A DNA stretch of 64,000 nucleotides from Eubacteriales bacterium (GTDB lineage Bacteria > Bacillota > Clostridia > Christensenellales > CAG-138). Positions 1 to 7,395 of this stretch are shown in pieces (positions within the stretch are counted from its first letter, which is position 1; the number at the start of each line of letters is the position of its first letter). The stretch spans positions 4,178 to 68,177 of the forward strand of contig JAQUTY010000003.1 in assembly GCA_028694155.1 (NCBI GenBank), written 5' to 3'. Position numbers and translations under genes: made by a program. The notes below the pieces were generated by a model. That model was not told the origin of the DNA, ran no database searches, and saw only the letters and a program-made list of their open reading frames with translations.

Positions 1-33
1 TTTTTTTATTTTTTTATCCAATTTATTTTCAGA

Positions 34-1191
34 CTAGTAGTACAGGTCTGCTGAGAGGTATACAATTTCAGAGATTGATGCGTATGTATCCTTGTGTGCA
101 ACGACCTTATCTATCAATTCTCCGTCTGCGGAATAGTAGAGTTTATATGTGACAGAACGCTTTCCCCGACGGCCTTCTCGCTCGACAACTTTTGTACCTG
201 CAGGAAGGGTTTCATCCAGACGATATTCCGTAGGCTTTTTATCCTCGTAGCCGACCCGTTCCGACTCAACCTCGATATAGTCATATTGTTCACTTTTAGT
301 TCCATAGATACAGATACACAGCTCTTTATTTTCCTCATCGACATTTGTAAATATCGTGATAGGATACTCCGTATTATTTTTGAAGCGAAAATCCTTTATG
401 CCGGTGCTAATAGTTGCATCACGACCAATGGGAACATATGACATGGGCCAGCTGTGATGATGCCTTTCAACAATTTCCAAATCTGCCATCAGAACGGCAT
501 TGAACAGCGTGCTTGACACTTGGCAGACTCCACCGCCATATTCCTCCACATATGTGCCGCCACTAATCGCTGCTGCCTTTTTCCAACCATTCTTCCTGTT
601 TCTGTCGCCTATCGTGTCATTTATGCTGAAAACTTCGTTCGGCTCTACGACAACTCCATCAATCAATGATGCAGCTTTAGTTATATTGAATATTCGGTTA
701 GTTTTTGATAGAGTCGATTTTGAAAAGGAGGTAGTGTATTGTGAGATTAACGAATTATGTTCAATTAGTGAATCGGTTGTTACGTCTGGTTCGATAGTAT
801 CAGCAGCCAACATTATAGTTTGTTTATTGCTTGCAGATATTGCAGACAAAATTTCTTCAGCAGTGACAGAATAACCAGCTACTGATTTAGTTACCTGATA
901 AGGGCTCTCAAATGAGTCTGTTGCAGTCAATTCTGCATTTACGCTCTCTGCAGAGTGAATAGCAGCCAATGCATTGCATTGATCGATCAAGACTGCCTCG
1001 TCATCAACATCGGATATGCGGTACTTAATATTTGATAATTCCAACTCTACCATGTTCATCACTAATCCATCATTAGAATAGTCCAAATAATTGATATGTA
1101 CAGGTGAATTTGGCTTCCCATTAGCGCAGCTAAGACAGGTGATGAGAGTGACAAATAAGATGAAAAATGTTATTAGCTTGTGTTTCTTCAT
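34..1191 (-). CDS. VanW-family protein with C-terminal G5-like domain and lipoprotein-type signal peptide
   Basis: ORF 34..1209. Core GGGVCQVSSTLFNAV...ERHHHSWPMSYVPIGRDATI matches the VanW domain. C-terminal TKVVEREGRRGKRSVTYKLYY resembles G5. N-terminus MKKHKLITFFILFVTLITCLSC. Start placed at the second Met (1191); 1209 is also possible. Confidence 0.8.
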   Translation of the reverse strand: MKKHKLITFFILFVTLITCLSCANGKPNSPVHINYLDYSNDGLVMNMVELELSNIKYRISDVDDEAVLIDQCNALAAIHSAESVNAELTATDSFESPYQVTKSVAGYSVTAEEILSAISASNKQTIMLAADTIEPDVTTDSLIEHNSLISQYTTSFSKSTLSKTNRIFNITKAASLIDGVVVEPNEVFSINDTIGDRNRKNGWKKAAAISGGTYVEEYGGGVCQVSSTLFNAVLMADLEIVERHHHSWPMSYVPIGRDATISTGIKDFRFKNNTEYPITIFTNVDEENKELCICIYGTKSEQYDYIEVESERVGYEDKKPTEYRLDETLPAGTKVVEREGRRGKRSVTYKLYYSADGELIDKVVAHKDTYASISEIVYLSADLYY

Positions 1192-1462
1192 AACAGATAT
1201 TATACCCATAATGAAGGAAAAATCTAAAAATATTGACTATATTTTATCAATTTAGCCAACAAAAATACCTGTGCACAATTACTAAATTACGGCATGAATC
1301 ATTAACAACCCAACTTTAATATTGAATAATGTATACGGATGTTACAATGAGAATTGACCTGCCAATAGGGATTGATGGGTTATAAATGACTTACACCGAG
1401 GGGAAGTGAATTCGGAATGAAGCATAAAAAATATTGTAGTATCAGTTGTTGCGCTGCTGGCT

Positions 1463-1789
1463 GTGTCCTTGATAGCGGCAGGTCTAAGATATGCGTATAT
1501 CAACAGGGATAAGCCATGGTTTTGGTTTCAGCACCTGGAGTACAGGGACAAAGAAGATGCTCAAGCATATGGACTTGCTTGTATCGAGAAGTATTTCCCG
1601 GATTATACAAACGAACAAAATGCCTCGGTATGGACCTTTTACTCTACTGATAATGACGTATGGGTAGTAGGATATTCATTCAAGGAAGGAATGGACGATC
1701 TTTATCCGCAAAGAACGTTCACCGAAGACCTGTCATATGTGCCTTTCAGCCTAATAAATGGCAGGGTGCATGCGCATCGTTATTGGTGA
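1463..1789 (+). CDS. hypothetical small membrane-anchored protein; 5' end uncertain, possibly frameshifted from ATG 1417
   Basis: 108-codon ORF with only a GTG start. The in-frame upstream sequence encodes IVVSVVALLAV (signal-anchor-like). An ATG at 1417 lies one frame off across an A6 run. Confidence 0.45.
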   Translation: MSLIAAGLRYAYINRDKPWFWFQHLEYRDKEDAQAYGLACIEKYFPDYTNEQNASVWTFYSTDNDVWVVGYSFKEGMDDLYPQRTFTEDLSYVPFSLINGRVHAHRYW

Positions 1790-2087
1790 AGCAATCCATA
1801 TCTGCCTAGGAACCATTATCCTTTCGCTTGTTTATATTAAGGGAGCGAGCTGGAAAAGATGGGTATTTCTGGGATTGGTGATAATTTGGATGTTGATTAT
1901 TCTTCATTATGTATTTTTTCTGGTTAGAGTGAGCAATGCAGGATATTATGACAGACTGAGTATGGCAATAGTATTTCCTATGATTGTCCAAACAATCATC
2001 TTTCTACCAACATCTGTAATGTGCGTCATGAGCTTCTACACTCAGAATATCGAGCGAGGGAGGAGTAAAGATATAGGCATGGAGTAG
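1758..2087 (+). CDS. hypothetical integral membrane protein (about 3 TM helices)
   Basis: 109-codon ORF with hydrophobic stretches ILSLVYI, VFLGLVIIWMLIILHYVFFLV and MAIVFPMIVQTIIFLPTSVMCVM. No recognisable family. Confidence 0.45.
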   Translation: MAGCMRIVIGEAIHICLGTIILSLVYIKGASWKRWVFLGLVIIWMLIILHYVFFLVRVSNAGYYDRLSMAIVFPMIVQTIIFLPTSVMCVMSFYTQNIERGRSKDIGME

Positions 2088-2420
2088 CTCGTTTCCACCT
2101 GCATTGCGCTTGACAGCTTTCAGATGCATCAGCTGGCACCTTAACAATCATCCAACTGATGATACGGCTTGGTAATTTGCGGACTCCAGAAGCTTTTTCG
2201 TGGATGGATAAAAGCACAGAGAATACCTTGTATAGCTATCGGATAATTACGGCGGGAATCACAAGTAAAACAAGAACGATAGATATTATGCTCATTGTTG
2301 ACAATTCGAAGATGTATCATCTCTATGTGTATTGCTGATATAGTCTTAATCAAGAGTTAGACAACGGATAAAACATTCACAGCATTTTTGAAGATATTTA
2401 CTAAATTAGTAAAAAAACTA

Positions 2421-2449
2421 TTGACAGATTCAGGATTTTTGACTATATT
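2421..2449 (+). promoter_or_regulatory. sigma-A type promoter of tRNA-Leu
   Basis: TTGACA 2421-2426, 17-nt spacer, TATATT 2444-2449, 9 nt before the tRNA 5' end. Confidence 0.65.
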
Positions 2450-2458
2450 AGTGAAAGT

Positions 2459-2541
2459 GCGGTAGTGCTGGAACTGGCAGACAGGCACGTTTGAGGGGCG
2501 TGTGCGCAGGCGTATGGGTTCAAGTCCCATCTACCGCACCA
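2459..2541 (+). tRNA. tRNA-Leu (anticodon GAG)
   Basis: GCGGTAG acceptor pairs with CTACCGC followed by ACCA. Anticodon stem CACGT/GCGTG with loop TTGAGGG. Long variable arm. T-loop GGGTTCAAGTCCC. Confidence 0.9.
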
Positions 2542-2544
2542 AAG

Positions 2545-2587
2545 AAAGACGTTGATTTTGTTACGGAATTAACGTCTTTTGTTATTT
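2545..2587 (+). terminator. rho-independent terminator after tRNA-Leu
   Basis: AAAGACGTT 2545-2553 pairs with AACGTCTTT 2571-2579, followed by a T-rich tail TGTTATTT. Confidence 0.55.
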
Positions 2588-2601
2588 CAAAAAATTTCCG
2601 C

Positions 2602-2630
2602 TTGACATGCAGGCAAATGAGTGCTATTAT
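2602..2630 (+). promoter_or_regulatory. sigma-A type promoter of the metQNI transcription unit
   Basis: TTGACA 2602-2607, 17-nt spacer, TATTAT 2625-2630. Confidence 0.7.
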
Positions 2631-2667
2631 GCCTAAAAAGATAATATATTCTTGAGAAAGGGAAAAT

Positions 2668-2754
2668 ATGAGCGTTCTATTCGGAACAAACAACATGTAC
2701 ATGTCTATGATGATGCGGAGCAAAGATTGCCGGATCATGCGTTGGCGTGTGTAA
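2668..2754 (+). CDS. candidate Met-rich leader peptide (28 codons) in the metQNI leader
   Basis: ATG 2668 with AAGGG 5 nt upstream. Translation MSVLFGTNNMYMSMMMRSKDCRIMRWRV, stop TAA 2752-2754. 7 of 28 codons are ATG. It lies between the promoter and the leader terminator. Confidence 0.5.
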   Translation: MSVLFGTNNMYMSMMMRSKDCRIMRWRV

Positions 2755-2789
2755 CGATTAGATACGCAAACTGCAGACGAAGCAATCTT

Positions 2790-2815
2790 TGGAAGCCGCG
2801 GGCTTCTGTTTTTTT
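2790..2815 (+). terminator. intrinsic terminator inside the metQNI leader (attenuator)
   Basis: GAAGCC 2792-2797 pairs with GGCTTC 2801-2806 (GCG loop), followed by TGTTTTTTT. It sits 30 nt upstream of the metQ start. Confidence 0.65.
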
Positions 2816-2844
2816 ACTCAAAAATAAACTAAGGAGAAACAATC

Positions 2845-3687
2845 ATGAAAAAAATCATCACTTTGACACTACTGGTACTATTTGCACTGACTCTGGTTGT
2901 CGGCTGCACGGGCAGTAAGGGAATTACGATTGCCGTTCCAAACGATACGACAAATGAAGCGCGTGCGTTGCTTCTGCTTGAGGATCTTGGCTATATCAAG
3001 CTTAAGGATGGCGTAGGAATAACGGCTACCATTTTAGATATTGCGGAGAATCCCTACAACATAAGCATTAAAGAAGTCGAAGCAGCCCAGCTTCCGAACA
3101 TTCTACCCGATGTTGATTATGCGGTTATCAACTCTAACTATGCTATTTCCGCTGACTTAGATCCGCTTAATGATTCACTAGCAATAGAAGGTTCATCATC
3201 ACCATATGCAAACATTCTTGCCTGCAAATCCGGCAATGAGAACAGCGACAAGATTAAGGCTCTTAGTGCAGCTCTTAGGAGCCAACAGGTTGCCGACTAT
3301 ATCACCGCTCAATATGCAGGCGCAGTAGTTAGCGTAGTTGATGATCCTACCGATGGGTTTGATCCAACAGTTGACTATGCTGCTCTTAACGGTACTTCAA
3401 TATCTGTTGCGGCCTCGCCAACTCCTCATGCTGAGATATTGAAAATTGCCGCTGACATTCTTGCTCAAAAAGGAATTGAGCTGCGAATTGTTGAGTTTAC
3501 GGATTATGTTCAACCAAACTTGGTTGTAGAAAGTGGCGAGATTGATGCCAATTACTTCCAGCATGTTCCTTATCTTGATGATTTCAATGCTAACAACAGC
3601 ACCAATATCGTATCTGCTGCGCTTGTACATGTCGAACCCATAGGACTATACGGTGGCAAGCAAAGCAGCCTAAGCGCAATCGGATAA
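2845..3687 (+). CDS. metQ: methionine ABC transporter substrate-binding lipoprotein (MetQ/NlpA family)
   Basis: RBS AAGGAG. Lipobox LVVGC. NlpA-family sequence throughout. Followed by metN and metI. Confidence 0.9.
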   Translation: MKKIITLTLLVLFALTLVVGCTGSKGITIAVPNDTTNEARALLLLEDLGYIKLKDGVGITATILDIAENPYNISIKEVEAAQLPNILPDVDYAVINSNYAISADLDPLNDSLAIEGSSSPYANILACKSGNENSDKIKALSAALRSQQVADYITAQYAGAVVSVVDDPTDGFDPTVDYAALNGTSISVAASPTPHAEILKIAADILAQKGIELRIVEFTDYVQPNLVVESGEIDANYFQHVPYLDDFNANNSTNIVSAALVHVEPIGLYGGKQSSLSAIG

Positions 3688-3699
3688 TGGTGCGCAAGA

Positions 3700-4710
3700 A
3701 TGATAGAGCTAATCAAGCTATCAAAAACGTATAAGACTGACAAGAGCGAGTTTGAAGCACTCAAGGACATTTCGCTTACCATTGCTGACGGCGATATTTA
3801 TGGAATTATTGGCATGAGTGGAGCAGGGAAAAGTACACTTGTACGCTGCATCAATCTTCTTGAAGTGCCATCTTCCGGCGAGATAAGAATAGATGGAAAA
3901 AACATTCAGCACTTAAATGGCGCAGAATTAAGATCTCTGCGGCGATCTGTCTCGATGATATTTCAAGGATTCAACCTGTTGATGCAGCGAAACTGCCTTG
4001 CCAATGTTCGCTTTCCGCTTGAGCTTGAGGGGATGCCAAAAAGACAAGCAAACAAACGTGCATTAGAGCTTCTTGAACTTGTTGGGCTATCTGATAAAGC
4101 CAAGGAGTATCCATCACGGTTATCGGGTGGTCAGCAGCAGCGAGTGGCAATCGCCCGAGCATTGGCAACAGATCCAAAGGTGCTGCTTTGTGATGAGGCA
4201 ACCAGTGCGCTCGATCCTAAAACGACTTCAGACATACTGAGCCTTATCAGGGACATACATGACAAGCTGGGTATCTCTGTCATAGTTATTACACATCAAA
4301 TGAGCGTCATAGAGACAATATGCACAAAAGTAGCTGTGTTGGATAATGGCGTAGTTGTCGAGGAGGGCAGGGTGGACGAAGTCTTTTCTTCGCCACGCTC
4401 TGCTGCGGCAAAAACGCTCGTGTATCCTGAGGGATATTTAGAATACACAAATACGCAGATTGCTGATCGCTGCATACGAGTAGTGTTTAACGGTGCTGAT
4501 GCAGCCGCAAAGCCATTGATAGCAAGAATGGCCATTGACCAGAGCATTGAGGCGAGCATTATCTTTGCGTCAACAAAGAGTATTTCGGGACGCATCTATG
4601 GTTCAATGCTGCTTGGAGTATCATCTGAAGATAACATTGCTGAGCGTACAATCCAATATCTATGCAAGACTGATGATATTCTTGCCGAGGAGGTAATCAA
4701 TGTTGACTAA
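3700..4710 (+). CDS. metN: methionine ABC transporter ATP-binding protein with C-terminal NIL domain
   Basis: Walker A GMSGAGKST, signature LSGGQQQRV, Walker B LLCDEATSALD, and a roughly 100-aa C-terminal regulatory domain. Confidence 0.92.
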   Translation: MIELIKLSKTYKTDKSEFEALKDISLTIADGDIYGIIGMSGAGKSTLVRCINLLEVPSSGEIRIDGKNIQHLNGAELRSLRRSVSMIFQGFNLLMQRNCLANVRFPLELEGMPKRQANKRALELLELVGLSDKAKEYPSRLSGGQQQRVAIARALATDPKVLLCDEATSALDPKTTSDILSLIRDIHDKLGISVIVITHQMSVIETICTKVAVLDNGVVVEEGRVDEVFSSPRSAAAKTLVYPEGYLEYTNTQIADRCIRVVFNGADAAAKPLIARMAIDQSIEASIIFASTKSISGRIYGSMLLGVSSEDNIAERTIQYLCKTDDILAEEVINVD

Positions 4711-5398
4711 TTTAGTACAATCTTCGTTTTCCGAGCTAGGCTCGATAGTGGTAAATGAATTTCCAAGTGCTTTAATTGCAACGCTATTTGTCACGTTGAC
4801 AGCAACGCTGTTTGCAGTGATATTAGGATTGCCCCTGGGTGTTCTGCTGGTAGCAGGAGGGAGCAGCGGAGTGATTAGGCTCCCAAAGGCAGTTGTTCGC
4901 ATTCTAGGATTTATCACCAATATTCTAAGGTCCATTCCATTTTTGATTCTGATGATCATGGTTTTTCCTCTCAGCAGGCTCATAATAGGTACGACAGTGG
5001 GAACGGTCGCTTCAATTGTACCCCTTGTGATTGCTTCATTTCCGTTTGTTGCAAGATTGGTGGAGAGCAGCCTAAGAGAGGTCGACATGGGATTGATTGA
5101 GATGGCAAAGAGCATGGGGGCGACACCCTTTCAGATTATTGTCAAGGTAATGCTTAAAGAGAGCATTCCATCGCTGATATCCAACCTTACAATCGCCATT
5201 ACCACCATACTGGGCTATTCGGCAATGAGTGGAATAATTGGTGGCGGAGGTCTGGGACAAATTGCAATCAATTATGGATATTATAGATACAAGTACCTAG
5301 TGATGGTAGCAGCAGTCCTCGTTCTAATCGTATTGGTGCAACTGTTTCAATCGTTAGGTAATGCACTTGCAAAAAAGTGCAACAAACGCCTGCGCTAA
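4700..5398 (+). CDS. metI: methionine ABC transporter permease
   Basis: Overlaps the metN stop by 11 nt. Polytopic BPD-type permease (EVDMGLIEMAKSMGATPFQII EAA-like loop). Confidence 0.9.
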   Translation: MLTNLVQSSFSELGSIVVNEFPSALIATLFVTLTATLFAVILGLPLGVLLVAGGSSGVIRLPKAVVRILGFITNILRSIPFLILMIMVFPLSRLIIGTTVGTVASIVPLVIASFPFVARLVESSLREVDMGLIEMAKSMGATPFQIIVKVMLKESIPSLISNLTIAITTILGYSAMSGIIGGGGLGQIAINYGYYRYKYLVMVAAVLVLIVLVQLFQSLGNALAKKCNKRLR

Positions 5399-5466
5399 TG
5401 CTTAACAAAGTTCAGCAACCATGCTATAATTGTAATGTAATTTTTGATTGAAGTTTGCGAGGGTGT

Positions 5467-6378
5467 ATGTACGATAGCAAAAAGTATTATGGATTCATAG
5501 TTCGTGGAGATTTGAAAAGTGCGGTTGAGTATGTGAAGGAATTTCCCTTGCAGCACAGGCGATATAAACGCTATGTCAACCTTCTCTGTTCAGTTAAGCC
5601 ACATAGATTTTGCAGTGATAAGGTTATCAACGAGATTTGTAATATCTACGCAAAATATTGGAATAGTGTGTTCTGGCTTCTTAACGAAGGGAATGAAGCT
5701 GAAAGAACTCTGCTTGATGATCTGAATGCTTTTATTTCTGATGGTGTTTACGCCGATATTGATTCGGCAGAAGAAAAACTGAAAATACTGGTTGAAAATC
5801 GTGGTTTTCACTTTCAAGGTGGTATGACACAGGGCTACTGGGGGCCGTATATATGGAAAAAGACGAATCGCAAGATATATTCCGTCAAGCTTCCGCACGC
5901 GTTTGAACGCTATCCTCTTGATATGATGACAGGTTTTGTCTGCTGTAGCTGGATGGACTATATCTCTTTGGGCAGAATTGGGACTGGTGGTTGGGCCGGA
6001 GATGATGGAACATTAGCCTGTGTCAAGAAACGCTATTTTGGGTATATGCATACCTCACGGTTCAAGGTTAATTTTTTGAAGCATGAGGCACAACACGCAT
6101 TTGACAAGCGAAGCAATCCCGATATTACATCCGTACAGCTTGAGTATAGAGCAAAGCTTGTTCAGATTATTTACGGAAAAAATCTGCGAGCCTTTGCAGG
6201 CTTTTTATCTGAAGCTGACGGCAGCAAGGAAGAGAACAGTCACGCATACGCTTCGAACCTGCTGGTGTCTAATCTGACAAAATTGGTTTTTAATGAAGAA
6301 TACGTCAATGACCTCGACAGATGGAAGAAGGAACAAAATAAGATTAAATCCGCAGCACTGAAACTGCTTGATGCCTGA
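5467..6378 (+). CDS. hypothetical protein with HExxH motif (possible metallopeptidase-like)
   Basis: ORF 5455..6378. ATG 5467 is preceded by GAGGG. Motif LKHEAQHAFD. No terminator between metI and this gene. Confidence 0.6.
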   Translation: MYDSKKYYGFIVRGDLKSAVEYVKEFPLQHRRYKRYVNLLCSVKPHRFCSDKVINEICNIYAKYWNSVFWLLNEGNEAERTLLDDLNAFISDGVYADIDSAEEKLKILVENRGFHFQGGMTQGYWGPYIWKKTNRKIYSVKLPHAFERYPLDMMTGFVCCSWMDYISLGRIGTGGWAGDDGTLACVKKRYFGYMHTSRFKVNFLKHEAQHAFDKRSNPDITSVQLEYRAKLVQIIYGKNLRAFAGFLSEADGSKEENSHAYASNLLVSNLTKLVFNEEYVNDLDRWKKEQNKIKSAALKLLDA

Positions 6379-6392
6379 TTGTCTATTACTGC

Positions 6393-6425
6393 AGAGGAAG
6401 GTTCAAATGAATCTTCCTTTTTTCG
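6393..6425 (+). terminator. rho-independent terminator ending the met transcription unit
   Basis: AGAGGAAG 6393-6400 pairs with CTTCCTTT 6413-6420 and runs into TTTTTTTCG. Confidence 0.7.
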
Positions 6426-6468
6426 TTTATTTGTTGTATAATTAGAAAAACACTTCGGAGGCAAGATA

Positions 6469-7395
6469 ATGAATTACGATAACATTGCGTTTTCAATCGG
6501 CGGTTTGAATGTGTACTGGTACGCGCTGTTTCTTGCGGTTGGAATAATTGCAGCAGTCATAGTAGTCGATATCGAAGCAAAAAGGCGCAAACTATATAAG
6601 GATTTAGCCCTTGATCTGTGCATCGTGTCGCTGCCTTGCGGATTGCTTGGGGCTAGGTTCTTTGCTTGCTTGTTTGAAGGGCGTTTTGCAGACTTCTTTT
6701 CTTCGGATTATTCGGGAATGATGCTCTTTGGAGCACTTATTGCTGCTGGCATTGGAATAGCCGTATATTCTAAAATTCGCAAATTTTCCGTGCTTGAATC
6801 ATTGGATTGCGTAACGCTAGGAATGCTCACAGCCATAGCAATAGCAAGATGGGGCGATCTGTTCCAACGTGTCGGTTGTGGTCCTTTTGTCAAGGCAAGC
6901 TGGCTTAAATGGATACCGATTAGCATGCTAAACAATAATAATGAGGTCTGTCTTTCCGTATTCTTCTTGGAGTTTATCGCCTGCGTTGGCATATTCCTGC
7001 TGCTTAGGCTGTTTATCTCAAGGATAAAGACCGAGAAGGGAACTGAATTCTTTGCGGGAACCGCATTATATTGCTTCATTGTATTTTTCTTGGAGTTCCT
7101 TCGTCAAGACCGTCCCGTATTATGGATTCTCAAGACAAATCAATGGTTCTGCCTCGTAATTATTATTGCAATTATTGCTTACCTGATTATAACAAAGAAA
7201 ATGAGAACCACTATATCTTCTCTCATTAAGCCCCAAAGCGAAATGTCGGCAAATGCTGAAGATATTCAACCCTTAGTCGAACAGGATACTGCTGATACTG
7301 CCGACGATGAGCAGGATACTGCTGATACTGCCGACGATGAACAGGATACTGCCGACGATGACGCACAGCCCAGCGAGGACGAACAAGATGAATGA
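6469..7395 (+). CDS. lgt: prolipoprotein diacylglyceryl transferase with acidic repeat tail
   Basis: The N-terminus IAFSIGGLNVYWYALFLAVGIIAA and polytopic profile are typical of Lgt. The C-terminal tail has EQDTADTADD repeats. Confidence 0.8.
   Translation: MNYDNIAFSIGGLNVYWYALFLAVGIIAAVIVVDIEAKRRKLYKDLALDLCIVSLPCGLLGARFFACLFEGRFADFFSSDYSGMMLFGALIAAGIGIAVYSKIRKFSVLESLDCVTLGMLTAIAIARWGDLFQRVGCGPFVKASWLKWIPISMLNNNNEVCLSVFFLEFIACVGIFLLLRLFISRIKTEKGTEFFAGTALYCFIVFFLEFLRQDRPVLWILKTNQWFCLVIIIAIIAYLIITKKMRTTISSLIKPQSEMSANAEDIQPLVEQDTADTADDEQDTADTADDEQDTADDDAQPSEDEQDE
7279..7359 (+). repeat. 30-bp tandem repeat (2.7 copies) inside the lgt 3' end
   Basis: GAACAGGATACTGCTGATACTGCCGACGAT (7279-7308), GAGCAGGATACTGCTGATACTGCCGACGAT (7309-7338), then a 21-nt partial copy (7339-7359). 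Confidence 0.9.

Noticed and set aside
2088-2420. About 330 bp without a convincing gene, containing short ORFs on both strands (63 and 70 codons on minus, 59 codons on plus) and an 8-bp palindrome GATGCATC.
   Set aside because: No RBS, no recognisable protein similarity, no clear RNA structure or promoter/terminator pair. Left unannotated as a possible decayed remnant.
2637-2845. Expected S-box (SAM-I) or Met T-box in the metQNI leader.
   Set aside because: By eye I found none of the core motifs: GAGGGA...GGCCC...CCCGGCAACC...GTGCCAA...AGATGAG for the S-box, or GGTGGTACCGCG for the T-box. This still needs a covariance-model scan for certainty.
2652-2918. 88-codon track ORF spanning the metQ leader into metQ.
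   Set aside because: It reads straight through the leader terminator and the metQ RBS in another frame and has a TTG start with no SD. The 28-codon ATG-initiated uORF in a different frame explains the region better.
7279-7359. Tandem 30-bp repeats considered as a possible CRISPR or minisatellite.
   Set aside because: The copies are contiguous with no spacers, in-frame inside lgt, and number only 2.7. This is a coding tandem repeat.
7307-7387. Upstream extension of pncB in the ORF track.
   Set aside because: The extension is an alternative-frame reading of the lgt tandem repeats. The conserved PncB N-terminus begins at ATG 7388.
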